Under the pieces are notes generated by a model. That model did not search any database, was not told where the DNA came from, and was given only the letters and a program-made list of their open reading frames with translations. The position numbers were made by a program, and so were the translations under genes. A DNA stretch of 64,000 bases from Takakia lepidozioides. Lineage: Eukaryota > Plantae > Bryophyta. The stretch spans positions 12,834,001 to 12,898,000 of the forward strand of contig CM060731.1 of assembly GCA_030704615.1 (NCBI GenBank), given 5' to 3'. Positions 49,501-62,907 of the stretch are shown here, in pieces (the stretch's first letter is position 1; every line of letters starts with the position of its first letter).

Positions 49501-52500
49501 CCAGATACCGCAAACTATCCTTCAATTGAAATACACACACAACATCTGGATCCACCTCCCAATAGAAAAACTCACGCCATGCCATTAGCATAGGAGTCTC
49601 TGTCTCATACTTCCGCACCTCCACTCCTGGTAATCTCCCTTGGGACAGATTCCTACCATGGGTGAAAACTACCTGTTTTGTGCCATCCTGGAACCCCCTA
49701 AAGCAAAGGATGTGGGATATAATAAGGACTGGATCTCTTGATGGGAGGGCTGACCCTCCCCCAGCAATACTGTCAAGGTCCTCAATGTCCCCCACCCGTG
49801 CTTCATCATCCTCAGAGGGGCCCAATCCTAGGCTATCACGTGTCGTACCTCTTTTAGTTGGGCTTGTCAAACAATCAGCTCTTGCTCTCCCTTTCACTCT
49901 TCTTGAAAACTGCCGACCACTACTGGTGCTAAGTTTTGCCCCACCAGACACAATTCTTCCACCTCCCGCACACTGCACATGGAGGGCTACAATTCGTAGT
50001 GGGGATATTAAAGACCATGTGGAGTTGTCCAAGCCTGAAGCCAAACCTTTTGGGACCCTCATAGGTGTGCTTGTCTCTACTAGGCTACCAGCAGGGTCCA
50101 CTTTAGATTTTGCCTCCGCTAATCCTTTGTTATCTCGCAGAAAAATCTCCTCTTCTTCGTCATCTTTGTCAAAAAGCATATCCCGATTCTCTGCCAAGTC
50201 TGTGCCAATGACCCCAGGAGATGTTTGTGGGGGGACCTGAGAGCCCTGATTGTTCTCAGTGAACTCCATGTGATATGTAGCATCAGGTGTCAAACCAATC
50301 AGGTTGCGCCAGCCCACCATGAGCTCCTTGGAGCAGCGTGTCTTCTGCTGATTGTGAGGTACAGACTCTGCTTGCTTGATTTCCACCCAGGAGCCCCCAG
50401 CAATCGAGGTGTCGCAAAAGAAGCGCATCCCTAGCTGCCAAATGCATAAAACTTCCTGAATGATAAAGCTGGTTTACACTCTACTATGAGAATATTTCCG
50501 ACTCTTTTGTCAAAATATGAAGAGATTTTGCCTAAAACAAGTTACACCTCCCTTGGAAGACACCCCTAGTGATTGCCTGCTAAATATTGGGTCAAGGAAA
50601 CTGACCATGTTCCACACTTAGTGTAGCATACAACCTCATGGGGAGAATCACCCATTTCCATCCAGAACAATGACAAACTTGTCATTGCACGTCCCTTTAT
50701 GATTGAAACTCTCATTTAAAAAGTCCAATAATCCTCTAGCCGTAACCATAACAGTGTGCAAGGATACCTATGAACCTAGAAAGTTACAATAGAGGTTTAG
50801 CTTAGAACAGACTTTGATGCCCTCCTCATAGGAAGTGTGGTCCTTCCAGACAATGCCATGGCTTTGCAATCCGTTACTCTCAGCCAACACAGTTATCTCC
50901 TTGGCAACCACCTCCACATCTTTGCCTCTCCATACTTGTACCTGTGATGAGCGATTCCAACAGTCACAGACTACAAGCGTATTCACCAATACACTTATTA
51001 CTCTCTTCTTCTTCTTCTACTGCCCTCTATACTACGAGATCCGTGGGAGATTCCACTGTTTATTCAGTGGAACCCAAACTCTCACTGATGTCTTCCACTA
51101 TGAGGATCAAAAATGCTTGGCAGCCTACCTGCACGAGGCCTTCACCCTTAGACAATCGCTAGAACATTAATTGTGGTTTCTGGATTTGTTCCTCTCTCAT
51201 GTTTTCTTCCATTTTGTCCCATAAGCTCTATGAGCTTTCCGCAGACGTTATAAAGCACCATTTCATTTCATTTCTCTTCAATCTCTTCCTATGCCCCATG
51301 GATATTGAATTATTGTCTCTCTTTCTTCCTGGGAAGCCCACTACTTGTTCTCTTTCTAATTTCATCCATACCATGCTTCTTTGACCTTCCCATATCATAA
51401 AGTTCCTTTCTTCATTCATACTTTCTCTTTTCAACCGTCACATTGGCTCTTTGTCCTCCCGCACTCAACAACTTAATTTTCTTTCTTCTCTTGTTGTTCT
51501 ACTGTCCCCCCAGATCCAATTTCATAAACCAAATACCACATCACAACCTTGGCAAGCCAAAGCTGGCCTGACAGTGCCATCTGGCGCTGTCTATCTGGTT
51601 TACATTTTTTAGCTCTCTGTTTCTGTGCTTTTACTGTTTGTTTTGTCTGTGGTTATTAGTTATTCTATTGTGTCACCCTTTCAAACCTCCTGTGGATGTG
51701 ATAATTTTCTTTCCTTCTTCTCTTTTCTACTTTCCATGGGCCCTAAGGGTCTCTGTGGACGTTGTGAAGGTTTCTTTCGTTCTTCTTTCTTCTATGAGTC
51801 CTTTTGGGCAAAAATAATTGGAAAATTGGAAAGAAACGTTCACATATTTCTTCTTCACATGTCAAGCATCCAACCCTAGTTTCATGAAAGCATGGGGTAC
51901 CTTCAAGAAAGGATAAGTCCCGCCGCGACGGTAATACATTAGCGGTGTCATGTCAGCGAGTGAAATTCCAGCCACCTGCTACAGAAACACCTGCTAAGCC
52001 AATCCATCTTTTTCCAGATACTCGAGGTGGTAACCCAACACATGAGATTGACCGTACATAATCACCTATTAAAGAGGAAGTTTTGACTCACTGAAGGTCA
52101 TGTTTCGTATTAATGTCAGCAACTCTCATCCTCGACAATTTGTCCAGGAAAAGAATGCACTCATAAGACGCTGTTAGCAGTAGCCTTGTGGCCATAGACC
52201 CCGCACCCAGTTTGGGCAGAAAAGATAGAAGAATTTGTCCAGGGAAAGATATGATCAACAAGAAACCAGTAATCTCAACTGGGAATGCTCCTCCCATTCT
52301 TGTTTAGGGTTTCTTATGGTGGATTCTGTTTGCAAGATAAAGAGTCAACACCTAGATCAAACCTACCTCTACCAATTCACAACCTTGCAAGTCAAGAAAT
52401 GTGATGGCAGGTGGGGACCCAACCCTGGTCAGCGATCGCTGTCCCAATCAGAAAAACAGCTGCGTCACTCACATTATAGGCCTGATATCCGCAGACTGAC

Positions 52501-54696
52501 ATCAGGGATACCCGCTTGTGCAAATGACCACTTGGTTTCGTGGTCACACCCTCGGCCATGAGACTAGGGGTTTGCATGCCAGTTGGTATAAACTACTGAG
52601 GCCCATACAGTAGTACTTTCCTGGATTGCAAAAAAATCAACAGCAATTGACGTATTGTGGGCTGATTTGACACCCTACTCCTCGAGTGTGAAGCAGTTTT
52701 CAGGGTCGTTATCTTTCTTCATCAGATACTACCACTCCATTGGCTGCCAGCCAGGGCACTCCACACAACTGAGTCATTAGGAGGGACCAGAGACCTGGTT
52801 GACCACCTTCCTTGCAAATTGCACTGTATAGTGACACAAGACTTCCCCACTCAATCTACCCCCGGCCGTCATACTTACGAAGAATGAGAGGAACAGGCTG
52901 ATTCAAAGAGGTCTCAGGAGGGTCTACATACTAGAAACATGGAGCCCCGAGAGACAACCCATCAATTCTCTGAATTCTACAGGGACAATTTCCTTGAAAA
53001 CAGGGATAACTGCATGATTATGCCTTCCTACCTCTTGAGGATGGTCTGTAAGCAACACCGAGAGGCTACAATCTGTCACGTCTGCATGTTGCAGGCAGTG
53101 GCAACGGAGCAGCACTTTTTCTTATCCCCTCTTGTATATTATGAGATCCAAGAAAGATAATATTATCTCCAATCTTTCACAGAAGCTTTCAGCCTCAGAG
53201 ATCCAAAGTGCCGTGGAGCCTACATGCTTGAGTACCTCCTACAATTCTTTCTTTCATTCGTTCTCTGGGCACATAGACTGTTTTGGCTTCTTGTGGACGT
53301 TAGGAGGAACTTGTTCACACTCAGACGTGCCTGACATCAAATCACCCACATGGACAGTTTATATTATCAGCACAACAGTGTGAAGAGCTCACAACTTGGT
53401 TTGTAGAGGCAGCATTCTTCTTGCGGCTGGCCTGGACAGAGCGATTGAGATTCTCCATGACAATCCCTAGATTCCCCTCCTTTATTGCTGCTTCCTTTCC
53501 TTCTTCCAGACACATGGGAGCTGGGAACCAGAAGTAGGGCAAAAAATCTGCTCCATTTGATGCACTTGTGATTGTTAGACATGTATACCAGTAGGCCTTG
53601 AATCTGAAAAGTAAAACAGTCCTTGGGTACATAATGAATTAAGTGCACATTGCTTAAACCCCATTGGAGATGGCACCATCTGACAGACGAAGGCATGACG
53701 CATGCAATTGCTTTCACCCTCCAGCTTAGATTTCATTCTAGTCTTCAAATTGGATCATGTCACGTTCTCACAGACAAGTGGAGAAAGGTGAATACCATTG
53801 CACAGAAAGTGCACAGTAGGAGAAGACTTTATATCGAATGGATCAATTGAATGAACAGTGACAGTTAAAGCACCATTAACTTCAATAGCTCAGAGCAAGG
53901 TTTGTTGTTGTTTGGAATTTTCATTAGACAATGTGAAAAAGCCCTCGGATGTCACAAATTGTCAATAACATGTAAAAAGCAGTTTAGGGTTTTTACATGT
54001 TAAGCAAGTACTTTCTCAGCTCCAGACATTCCCACCCAGTTGGAACAAAGTAGATTGTGATAAAAGAGGACACATTGTGTATCCACAAGAGTTAAGGGTT
54101 TAACAGCATATCTTAAGGAAAATACTCAAGTTGTGTCAGGAGGTGTCATGCAACAGGCCATAATTCAGTCCCGTGATTTTGACATGAAAGTCAGCTCTGA
54201 GACTTCATAGGCACATGTACTGGAACAGCTCCAGACATCACAAATTATACGAATTTAAACTTTTCCGGGGGGGTGAAACCAACGGGATTTATTGCTACGG
54301 CCTCTTGCTACCCAAGGAAGCAGGAAAAGTCCCGTCAAATGTTCGAAAAGTCCAGACTTTGCAATGTCACTCGAGTTTTTGTGGAGGAACAAATGTCCGA
54401 GCTACTTCTGTGGCCTGGTTTTCTGGAGATATAGGCCCATTGTCCATAATTGCTCATGACAGGGATGAATCAGAGCATCGCCATAACTCAGGGACTATTC
54501 CATGTAAGAGTATACATTTTGAATCCCAATTGAAAAGTTCAACACGGCAGCATCCTACCGTAGAGACACTTGTTACGACACACAATAAGAAAGATTGAGC
54601 ACAGTACAGAGGGAGGAGCAGCAGGCGAAGAAGGAGGAGCATCAGTGAAGACCGCATCCACCAACATCATTCGCACTACTCCATTTTCTGCATCCA
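40534..54696 (-). CDS. Divergent DNA polymerase delta catalytic-subunit-like protein (family B), ~21 resolved exons; 5' end uncertain
   Basis: Delta-like N-terminal exons (DFLPYFWF, MYYRRGGTYPFLK, MRFFCDTSIAGGSW), EMARVTG, motif A LDFASLYPS, motif B KLCSNALYG, motif C YAQTDS, RGIEAERRD, GERIPFV, CysA CLNC..CEDC, CysB CMRC..CTNWVC. Resolved exons from 53547 to 40534 splice in frame. Confidence 0.9.
42070..42815 (-). mobile_element. LINE family A, 5'-truncated, in a polymerase intron
   Basis: Same CCHC peptide and tail as 32740-33452. Confidence 0.9.
51008..51274 (+). mobile_element. LINE family A 3' end in a polymerase intron
   Basis: FFFYCPLYYEIRGRFHCLF... nearly identical to ~33175-33450, with (CATTT)n tail. 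Confidence 0.9.
52155..52231 (-). mobile_element. Short LINE family B 3'-tail insertion
   Basis: TAGCCTTGTGGCCATAGACCCC core. Flanked by a near-perfect repeat AATTTGTCCAGG(A/G)AAAGA. Confidence 0.75.
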
Positions 54697-56431
54697 TCTC
54701 CCTGCTCGTTTTATCACCTTCCGCAAAATCCTTCTCTGTCTCTGGGATGGGAGCAGTAAAATTAAAAACGAAATCGAGAGCTAGCTTTCCAATCCCTCTG
54801 GCAGTACATACGTGCGTGCCAGATTGAAAAACACAGAATTAGCTCAATTTGATCTTCAAAAATCTACTCCGACATAGTCAACAGATTTCCCATAAACATC
54901 AGGTTGATGAAGCGTCAAAAGCTTCAGCTACGGACCGGCCACAATACAAGCACAGAAAAACAGAAATATACTGCTCCGACTCCATCTTCCTCTATAAAAT
55001 TTCAACGAGAACATCTGGAAGGAATTGAAATGGAAGCCACTCTACGAAAATCCACTTGGAAGTTCTGAAGAAAAACCAAGGGAGAAAGAAGGAAACGCTG
55101 TGCGACAGTGAGGCTTCATGAATCAGGCGGCACGCAGACACACAGACGTGGAGGGATGATTCATCCAACGTAAGATTCAATTCGTAAGGATTGTGGATGA
55201 AGGCAGCATTGAGTCATTAAAATGACAGAGCTATCAACAGCCAAAAGTGCATTCACATTCATTGGGACATGTTCTTAGGCATCAAGTTATTTTCTTTTTT
55301 GCATGGAGTGAGGTGCATATTAGCACTTTCAAAATGTTCTTCCACAATTGGGCTTCACCACCAACCATGAAAAAACACTGAGCCACAAATAGAGAAGTCA
55401 CTTCTGCTGTCACAGAGCAAATTGAAAAGAGATGGACAGATCGACACTTGGCCTTGAAGAAGGAAGAAGACCACACCACAGCCGACAAGGTAGCAGGATT
55501 TGGACCCAGAATCACATGGATGACACTCAAGAACAAGGTAGACAGGTATAGCAACATGCAATCAACCACCCTCCTGCATTCAGAGGGCATTCCGTTGCAA
55601 GGGCTGCGCTTTGGGTTTGCATAGAATGGGTACATGGAAAGGCCCATTGAAGCTCATGAGACATGTTGCATAGGTTTCATTGTCTGCCACTGCCAGTATC
55701 TTCTCAAACAAACATTCTCAAGGAAACTGAAAGTATTCAAAGCATGCACAAAGAATGTGTAACTGGAAAAAAAAACTAGGGGAGTTTCCTACAACGGTGG
55801 GGGGAGTACTGGTCTATCAATGAAGACTCAGTTGGTTTGGTAGACGTGGGGGTAGCTGTTGGGGTAGAACTCTTAGGGTTATTGGCAACAACTTGTTCAA
55901 AACCATACTATGTCACTAAGTGAATATCAGGCTGGTCTGGTTTTCCATACCAGTGCAACCCTATATACCAGTACAACATTGGTATGTGCCCATTACCATT
56001 GGGCTACAACTTGTCTCTCTCCCCTCACTATAATTAAATGGCCTGATCATGTGAGCGATCACTCCCTCGTGTTTGCCATTGAAAAAGACTACTAATGGAA
56101 AGAAAGAAAAAAAGGAAAACAAATCCAAGCGTATATGTTTTAGCTCAACACTTGCAGCTGCTATATGGTGATGAAGCAGATAATGCTTAGAAGAGCATTA
56201 CTTCTGACGGGAGAGTGCAGGTCATCAGTTGGTGCTAGCCTCCCACACTCACCAGATATACTTTTTTACTTCAGATCATGATGCACTGTTTTCAAATTGG
56301 CATATACAAATGGATTCCTTGAAGTTCAACTTCCCCACACTATGTCAGTAGATGGGAGAAGTATTGGGAGCCTGTAATCCTTCCATATCAACAGACTAAA
56401 ATCTTGATATGTCCGTATTGGTTGGACCACC

Positions 56432-59400
56432 TTATGGATTGTTGAGCTTTTCTATGCCTTGCTTGCCACTGGGAGTAGGATCTAACGTGTACCGACCAAG
56501 TTTCCCAGTCCTATACAGTTTGATTAGTTGCTTCGAAACCCGTACCCATCCAGCCTCACCAAGCTCTGCTGGAACTTTAAATAATCTTCGAAGCACATTC
56601 ATTTGTGCATCCACCAAGCTTTCCATATCCTCTTCATCCTCCAACTTCCCATCAAACTTTACCCGGGCTTGGGCCAAGGCTTCTCGCGCGCTTACGGCAT
56701 GGCAGGAATCCACGTCCTGAGAATGCAGACACATGTGGATCTCAGTGCGTAAGTATACCAGATATAATCACATTCCAACAGATTAATTCCCCACCAAATG
56801 AGGAGATGAAAGGAGATGAAAAATTTTACCTAGAGTGATCTACTATTAAAAACATTGAACTGCTTGCGCACCTAGTAAGTGCTGCAGGAAGGTTTCGGGG
56901 TTCCCACATTGGCTGATATAGAGATCCCAAGTTACTAGAAACATTTAAAATTGAGTGTAAAGGTTTGAATTTCACTCCATCCAAGAATACTAGTAAGTCA
57001 GCCGAAGAGCTGTACACATACATTAACGTTTAAAAATGACAGTGATTTCCTTGGCATTTGCACAAATCACCAAAAGCAGGAATACATTGACAAAAGAGTA
57101 GTTCAAAATTACTTCCGACCTCCACCAACTCTTCCAAATTGCATTCCTGCAGTGTCCAGCTGTGTACAACATGATCACAAAGGGTATCAAAGAGAAATCG
57201 AGCTGTCCTTCTTGGGGGGCAAGAAACCAAATTGTTGTGACCAGCATTCTTGTCCATGTGCACATATGTTTGTGTGAGAGGAGGTGCGACCATCATAGGG
57301 GCACGGGAAGGGGAAATAGAATGTCCTCATAAGAAGTTGTTTGCCGTAGCCTTGTGGCCATTGACCCCGCGCCCAGTTTGAGCGGAACACAAAGGGACAG
57401 AACCTACCTCTGTCAGGGGCTGATGTTGGTAGTAAGACTTACCTTGATACAAAAAATTGATCCGGGTTTTCCAGATATCCTCTAGAAATCCCTTCACACA
57501 AGCATCAATCTGATGTGTGTGATTTGCCCAAAAACTAGGCCTCAGAAGGACCTGGGCTTTTGGCTCAGCAAACAGATTGCGATGACTGCAATGACTGTCA
57601 AAGTTGGTAAACAGAGGTACAGGCACAATTCACTTGATAGATTTGAAGAGAGCGTCTCTTTGGTGAGAGAACCCCGGACAGTGTATCAGAAAATGAATAT
57701 TGTCTTCAGGTTGCCCACACAATGGGCAATTGCACTCTCCCTTTCCTCTCTGCTTCTGTTTGCTGTTCAAAGGTAGGCTTCCTGCCCTGAGTTTAAATTT
57801 CAGTCTAGTGCCGAGAGTGGGTAGACCCTTGAGGTCATCCAAGCTGTCCTCCCCCATGTCACAGACTGGAAACAAGTTCAGGGAAGTTTTCTGCCTCATC
57901 AGACAATTTCATGGCAAGAGACATGGCTTTGGACACTACAGCCTCTAAGTCAGATTTATCCAGTAGGCTCAAGACTTGCGGATCCAGATCCAGGTCCTTG
58001 AGAATCTCTTCTACTCCATTTTGTCCCATAAGCTCTAAGAGCTTTCCGCAGACGTTATAAAGCACCATTTCATTTCATTTCATTTCTCTTCTGCCAGGAC
58101 TTAGCCTGTTTGACAGGGCGGTCCTGTTTCCAAGATATAGAGTCGATTAACTTAGGATATCTGGTGTTGGACATATGTTGCAGCTGACCCCGCCATCTGA
58201 CCTTCAATTCATCTCGTCGGGAGCTTAAGGATGGGATGCCAAACTCACCCCAAACAGCCACATTGGCTGTTTTGGAGCATGCTGACATGCACTCCTTAAG
58301 CACCCCCACTTGAATGGATCCTAGAGACTTAGCCTGGTTGGAGTTATCAACCCATATTGCAGATCCGTACTCCAAGGCAGGTCTAATAACGCGACAAAGC
58401 ATGGTTTTCTTAACCTCAGAGTAGAAATAGGGGGGTAGAAATAGAGAGAGAAGACAAGTGGATAGGTGATGAACCTCAGATTGGTTGCTAAGCTCAACCT
58501 TCCTTCGAGAAAGTACCGATCTGCTATTCAGCAGCGATAGCAAGTAGCGTGCCACTCGTTCCTCACCCACCACAGAATCTTTCACTGCCCCTACATGCAC
58601 CAAAAAAAAAGGTTGATGCCTACCAAAGTGAGTGTTAAATATGGTTTCTCTTCACCCCGAAGGACTACTGCCTTCTGTTGGGAAGGTGGACACCTTCTAG
58701 CGGCCATAACCGGGGCAACGAAGTTGCCCAAACCTCCCCCAAGGACTCAAAAGTTCCAAGTACCCAACATTAAGTAACAAGTTGACCCGGGACCCCCCTT
58801 TTCATGGCTCCATTGACTATGATCGGTGACATCCAACATACACGCATGGCGCCAAAGGGGGAGAGAATCCTTATAGACAGGATAGAATTGAAAGAAAAAA
58901 CCCAAAGAATAAATCTAAAGACCCAACGAGGAGAGCAAATGAGAGAGGACTAAGACAGAAAGAACCAAGCATTATAACCTCCATTGGGGAGCCATTAGAT
59001 AATGTAGAGCAAGAAAACGACATCAAAAGATTCCAGATCTTGCACTGGACAAGAGCCTGCCTACCACTTCTGTCCTCAATGCCTCTGCCAAAGACAGGAA
59101 TTCTCTAAGGACCAGAGTGTATGTGGGGCAGTTGAAAAAGAGAAGATACTATGTTTCTACTACTTGGGACAGGATTAAAGCCCTTGTGACGGATGTGGAG
59201 ACTTCCCAGAGAGGTAGGAAGACACAACTTCTTATCCTGATGACTAGGAAGGTGGCTTTGAAGAAAGAGGGAGAGAGCGAGAGCCAGAGCCAGAAATCAT
59301 ATACCTGTTAAGGTAAGTTTCAGGCCTGTCTCCGAATCACCTATATTGGGAACTAGCACACCTGGCGTGTCTAATACATACACACTAGGTCGTTCACCAA

Positions 59401-62124
59401 TCTGTCCAGACACCCATGAATTGATCGTTAAAATATCTTCCTGCCAATTTGAAATATAAAAGAAAACTCATCATGGCCTGACAAGGATTCAATGAAATCA
59501 GAGGAGTACCAAAAACATGGGTGACCTGCCTGCCGGACATCACAGCAAGGAGGCCTGGTTATGGGAGAATATAAATATGTACACTCTTAGGGGAAATATG
59601 TCCAATGATCTAAAACAGTTACAAATTGAGAAACCAATAACAAAACAACATAGGTTGTACCTTAAAGCCAGCAATGTCCTGAGTTACACCTGGCAGGGGC
59701 CCAACCTTGGCTTTCTTCAATCGCTCCTGCTCTAGACAGACACAAACCTCTTAGAACCGTGTCTTCAATAGATATTCCCAAGTTCCTTTGGAGAATGCAA
59801 CTCATAGACTATGAACATGTATCCTCAGTAGATAAAAACGTTCAATCATTACAAGTTAACAAATACTATCAGGAGTGTCAGAATCAACTTGGCGGCAGAA
59901 GGGAAGAGACATTAACCATTGTGCAGAGTGGGGTTTCAGCCAACCACGGTATATTTGCACAGACAATCCAGTTGCAAGGATGGGAGCTGATGCTGAGATG
60001 TGGTTCATGGAAGAAACTCTATCTGGACTATCTTTTTTGGTTTTAAAGAGTGCAGAGATCCAAATACGATTGAAACAAATGGAGATAGTATTTAAACCCA
60101 AAGATGTCCAAAGGCTTGATAAACTCATTCTCAAATGGATTGGAAGCCCCAAATGATAGAATTTGGAAGGGTGAAACAAACTTCACCTGGAGTGGAAGAA
60201 TGAGCCAGGCGAAACAAGGAATTGATAAGAGCTGACTTGCCCACGTTTGGGATACCCACTATCATCAAAAGGAGTGTTGGTTCTTTCTCTAGCCTTTCCT
60301 TCAGCCACTCCCTTGCTGTGTCCAGCATCTGTGAGGATCGGTACAAACGTAACAGAAAGCAGGGCTGGTCATGAGAGGAAGAGGGAGAGAGACAGAGACG
60401 GAGAGGGAGAAAGAGTTGTTCCTACAATAAGACATGGATAAAGATAACTTCTGAAAGGGAAGGATATAAGGATCTAAAGGAATGTAAACTCCTGACACAT
60501 GATTCAGAGGGCAAATAACCGACTGGTGCTATGTGGAGGCTCACACACCAGCACACCGCCCAGGCTAAAGGTTAGCACCATGTCAAACATATGTCGATCC
60601 ATGAACAGGTATGAACCGCATTCTACCACTCAGAAAGACCAAGTTACACCCTGCTCTATGTGACCCATGGCACAAAGCCTTTTGTACAACTCACAAACTC
60701 AGCTTTTGTAGCACTGTTTTGTGTATCTTGCATGCACTAAATATCTTAGAGGTTTGTTCATAAATTTTGGAATATTACATGTCACCAATCGTAGATTCTG
60801 GAACTGGGAAGTAACACATACAGGAGCAAAGCAAATTGTCACTAGCTACTCATGGCTCATTGTGAGCATAAACCCTGATTAGGATCAAGTCATGACATTT
60901 TAAAATAAAAGGAAAGGGTTTCCTGGAGAAGAATCAATTGCGTAACTTGACCAACCCAACACACTCAAAAGTTCAGTCAAGGCTCAGATAAACCAAGGTT
61001 TATAGTGAAGGAGATGAATGCAAGCACACACACACCTTCTTGACAGATTTGGGTTGATGGGCATTAACAAAAACATGGTGCTGCTTGCATGCCTCAAAAT
61101 GATTGGCCCACTTCTGCATTCAATGCCAATGGACAAAATGTTACTCTCTGGCAGGGGGAACTGGAACATACAGACATTTGTTGGGTCGGAGAATGTTTCA
61201 GCACAGAAAGAGTTCACAACTCTTATTTCGTAATCTTTGAGTCCAACTTGTTCACCAAAGGCCACTCATGGAGCTTTTGTGCAGAGATCCATTGTACTCA
61301 AATTTTCTCCTGCCTGGCCTTGCCCTCAACTGACTTCGCTAGAGATCCAACTTGAACAACCTAGAAATGTCAATGTATTCACTTTGAGCATGCTTTGCCG
61401 ATTTAACCAGGCCCATTCTGCTTGCAAGTGACATGAGAGAGGGAGAGAGTGTGACATTGCTCACAAGCATCATGTTGGGATTGGCGAGGTCCATTTTGTT
61501 AAGCACAATCAGACGTTTTTTTCGCTCCAACAACTCCTGTAGCTCTCCATTGGCTGACGATAGTGGAATCTAAATTAATCCCCATAACAACGCAGCAATA
61601 TGAAAAAGGAGAAACACTCCATCCAATCCAAAACGCAACCCGCTCCTACCAAGGTAATTATCTAGCTCGTTATCAAATCCAACAAAGGCTACATGCATGC
61701 TAAGTCTGAATGGCATTTACGATCCCAACGGTCTCACAAATACCCATAGTAACGTCTCCCAGCTGACAGCGAGCTCAATGCAACAACTGTGCTTTCAATC
61801 CCTCCTTCCAGTGGGAAGGAAGCTGAAATTAAGACAGCCGGTGGGGCAGAACAATTTACATCCCAGGCTTCTCCGAGGCCTAGTCGCCAGGCCTTCGAAA
61901 GGAATCACAAAGAATGAGTCCATAAGCTTAAGACCAGCCATTCCTAATAAGAGGCTTTAACGTGCTACACAGTGTACCCGGGCATCACGAATCTCAAGCA
62001 CAAGATCAACCACTTTGATGCGCTCCCGAATGGCTTTCGTCGCAGATGCCATATGTCCCGGATACCAGTTTATAGCAGCTTTCCCCGCTCTGCCTGCCAA
62101 ACCCACCAGCCCCTTCCCCGCCAT
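56432..62124 (-). CDS. SIN2: Mitochondrial circularly permuted (DAR/RbgA-MTG1 family) GTPase, SHORT INTEGUMENTS 2-like, at least 8 exons
   Basis: INWYPGHM, EIRDAR|IPLSS, LNKMDLA, GIPNVGKS, VGPLPGVTQDIAGFK, VLDTPG, GAVKDSVVGEE, YRTGKLGRYTLD. Confidence 0.9.
57316..58425 (-). mobile_element. LINE family B, 5'-truncated ORF2 C-terminus, in a SIN2 intron
   Basis: IRPALEYGSAIW, VAVWGEFG, KLRAGSLPL, CPLC...EDNIHFLIHC (CCHC). Confidence 0.85.
58017..58086 (+). mobile_element. LINE family A tail-only insertion nested in family B
   Basis: TTGTCCCATAAGCTCTAAGAGCTTTCCGCAGACGTTATAAAGCAC(CATTT)4 interrupts the family B ORF between WQKR and VEEIL. Confidence 0.88.
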
Positions 62125-62433
62125 GCTATCAAGCACAAAACGGATCTCTGTGGCTCTCTCTTGAATCCTTCATAACCACTCTTCTCCGTCTACACCACGC
62201 TTCTTTCCCTCCCTGATACCACCCCTAACTTAAATCTGCTCCCCCAGCATGTTTACTGTCAACGCTTGCCACAGACTCACCTCCCTCTCCACCACATTTC
62301 TCTCTGAAACTCAAACTCCCCATCAATCCTCACTCCCACATAATCACTTCACCATCCCATTCGATCAGTACGAGTTCAGCCTTGTGGTGGGTTCTTTGTT
62401 CTTTCCTTTGGTTTCTCGTGCAAAGACAAGGAG

Positions 62434-62447
62434 TTTAGGGTTTAGGG
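62434..62447 (-). promoter_or_regulatory. Tandem telo-box in the SIN2/thioredoxin divergent region
   Basis: TTTAGGGTTTAGGG between the head-to-head start codons at 62124 and 62908. Confidence 0.4.
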
Positions 62448-62907
62448 AATTTTTTCCTTTTGAGCTTTAGACTTCATTTCATGTGAATCTTGCGTTTAGA
62501 ATTGCTCTAAGTTCTGATTAGGGCATAATCATAAGATTTAGCTGCTATCAATGGTTGAGATCCTTCGGTAATCTGATCGTCATTCTCCAACTGAGTTGAT
62601 TTATTGGAGTTTGTTGTAACTTGTAACTGCCTGCATCATCTTCGTGCATTCTCCTTTTGCCTCTACAAATCTAGAGATCCACAGTCAAAATCGAGTAGCC
62701 AGTGTGTGGGCATTGGGTTCTACTCTCATTAGAGTGTAGACGTGTGAACCCATATTCTGTAAGTCGATGATGTAGGTTTTTCCTGATGGTTCCATGCATG
62801 TCTCGTTACTTACTGTGGAGTCTATTCTGCAAGTTTGTGTCAAGACTTGCATTCGTGTTATAAATGTTGTGGTGCATGTTGTCTGTGACCGCTGCAGTCA
62901 GTGGAGG

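Noticed and set aside
49662-50240. 192-aa plus-strand ORF, and similar antisense ORFs over other genes
   Set aside because: Antisense shadows of real exons with no independent homology signal.
52790-52925. Exon-like segments inside the polymerase intron
   Set aside because: The flanking exons (ending NQV, starting VAGISL) already join in frame and align with delta without a gap.
40534-54696. Calling the polymerase canonical POLD1 or REV3 (Pol zeta)
   Set aside because: Too divergent at Exo I-III, motif C and KKRY for POLD1. Lacks the REV3-type motif A and large insert, and its N-terminal exons are delta-like.
55790-55981. Degenerate relative of the 1-247 element end
   Set aside because: Similarity limited to about 25 bp with mismatches, and no clear left end.
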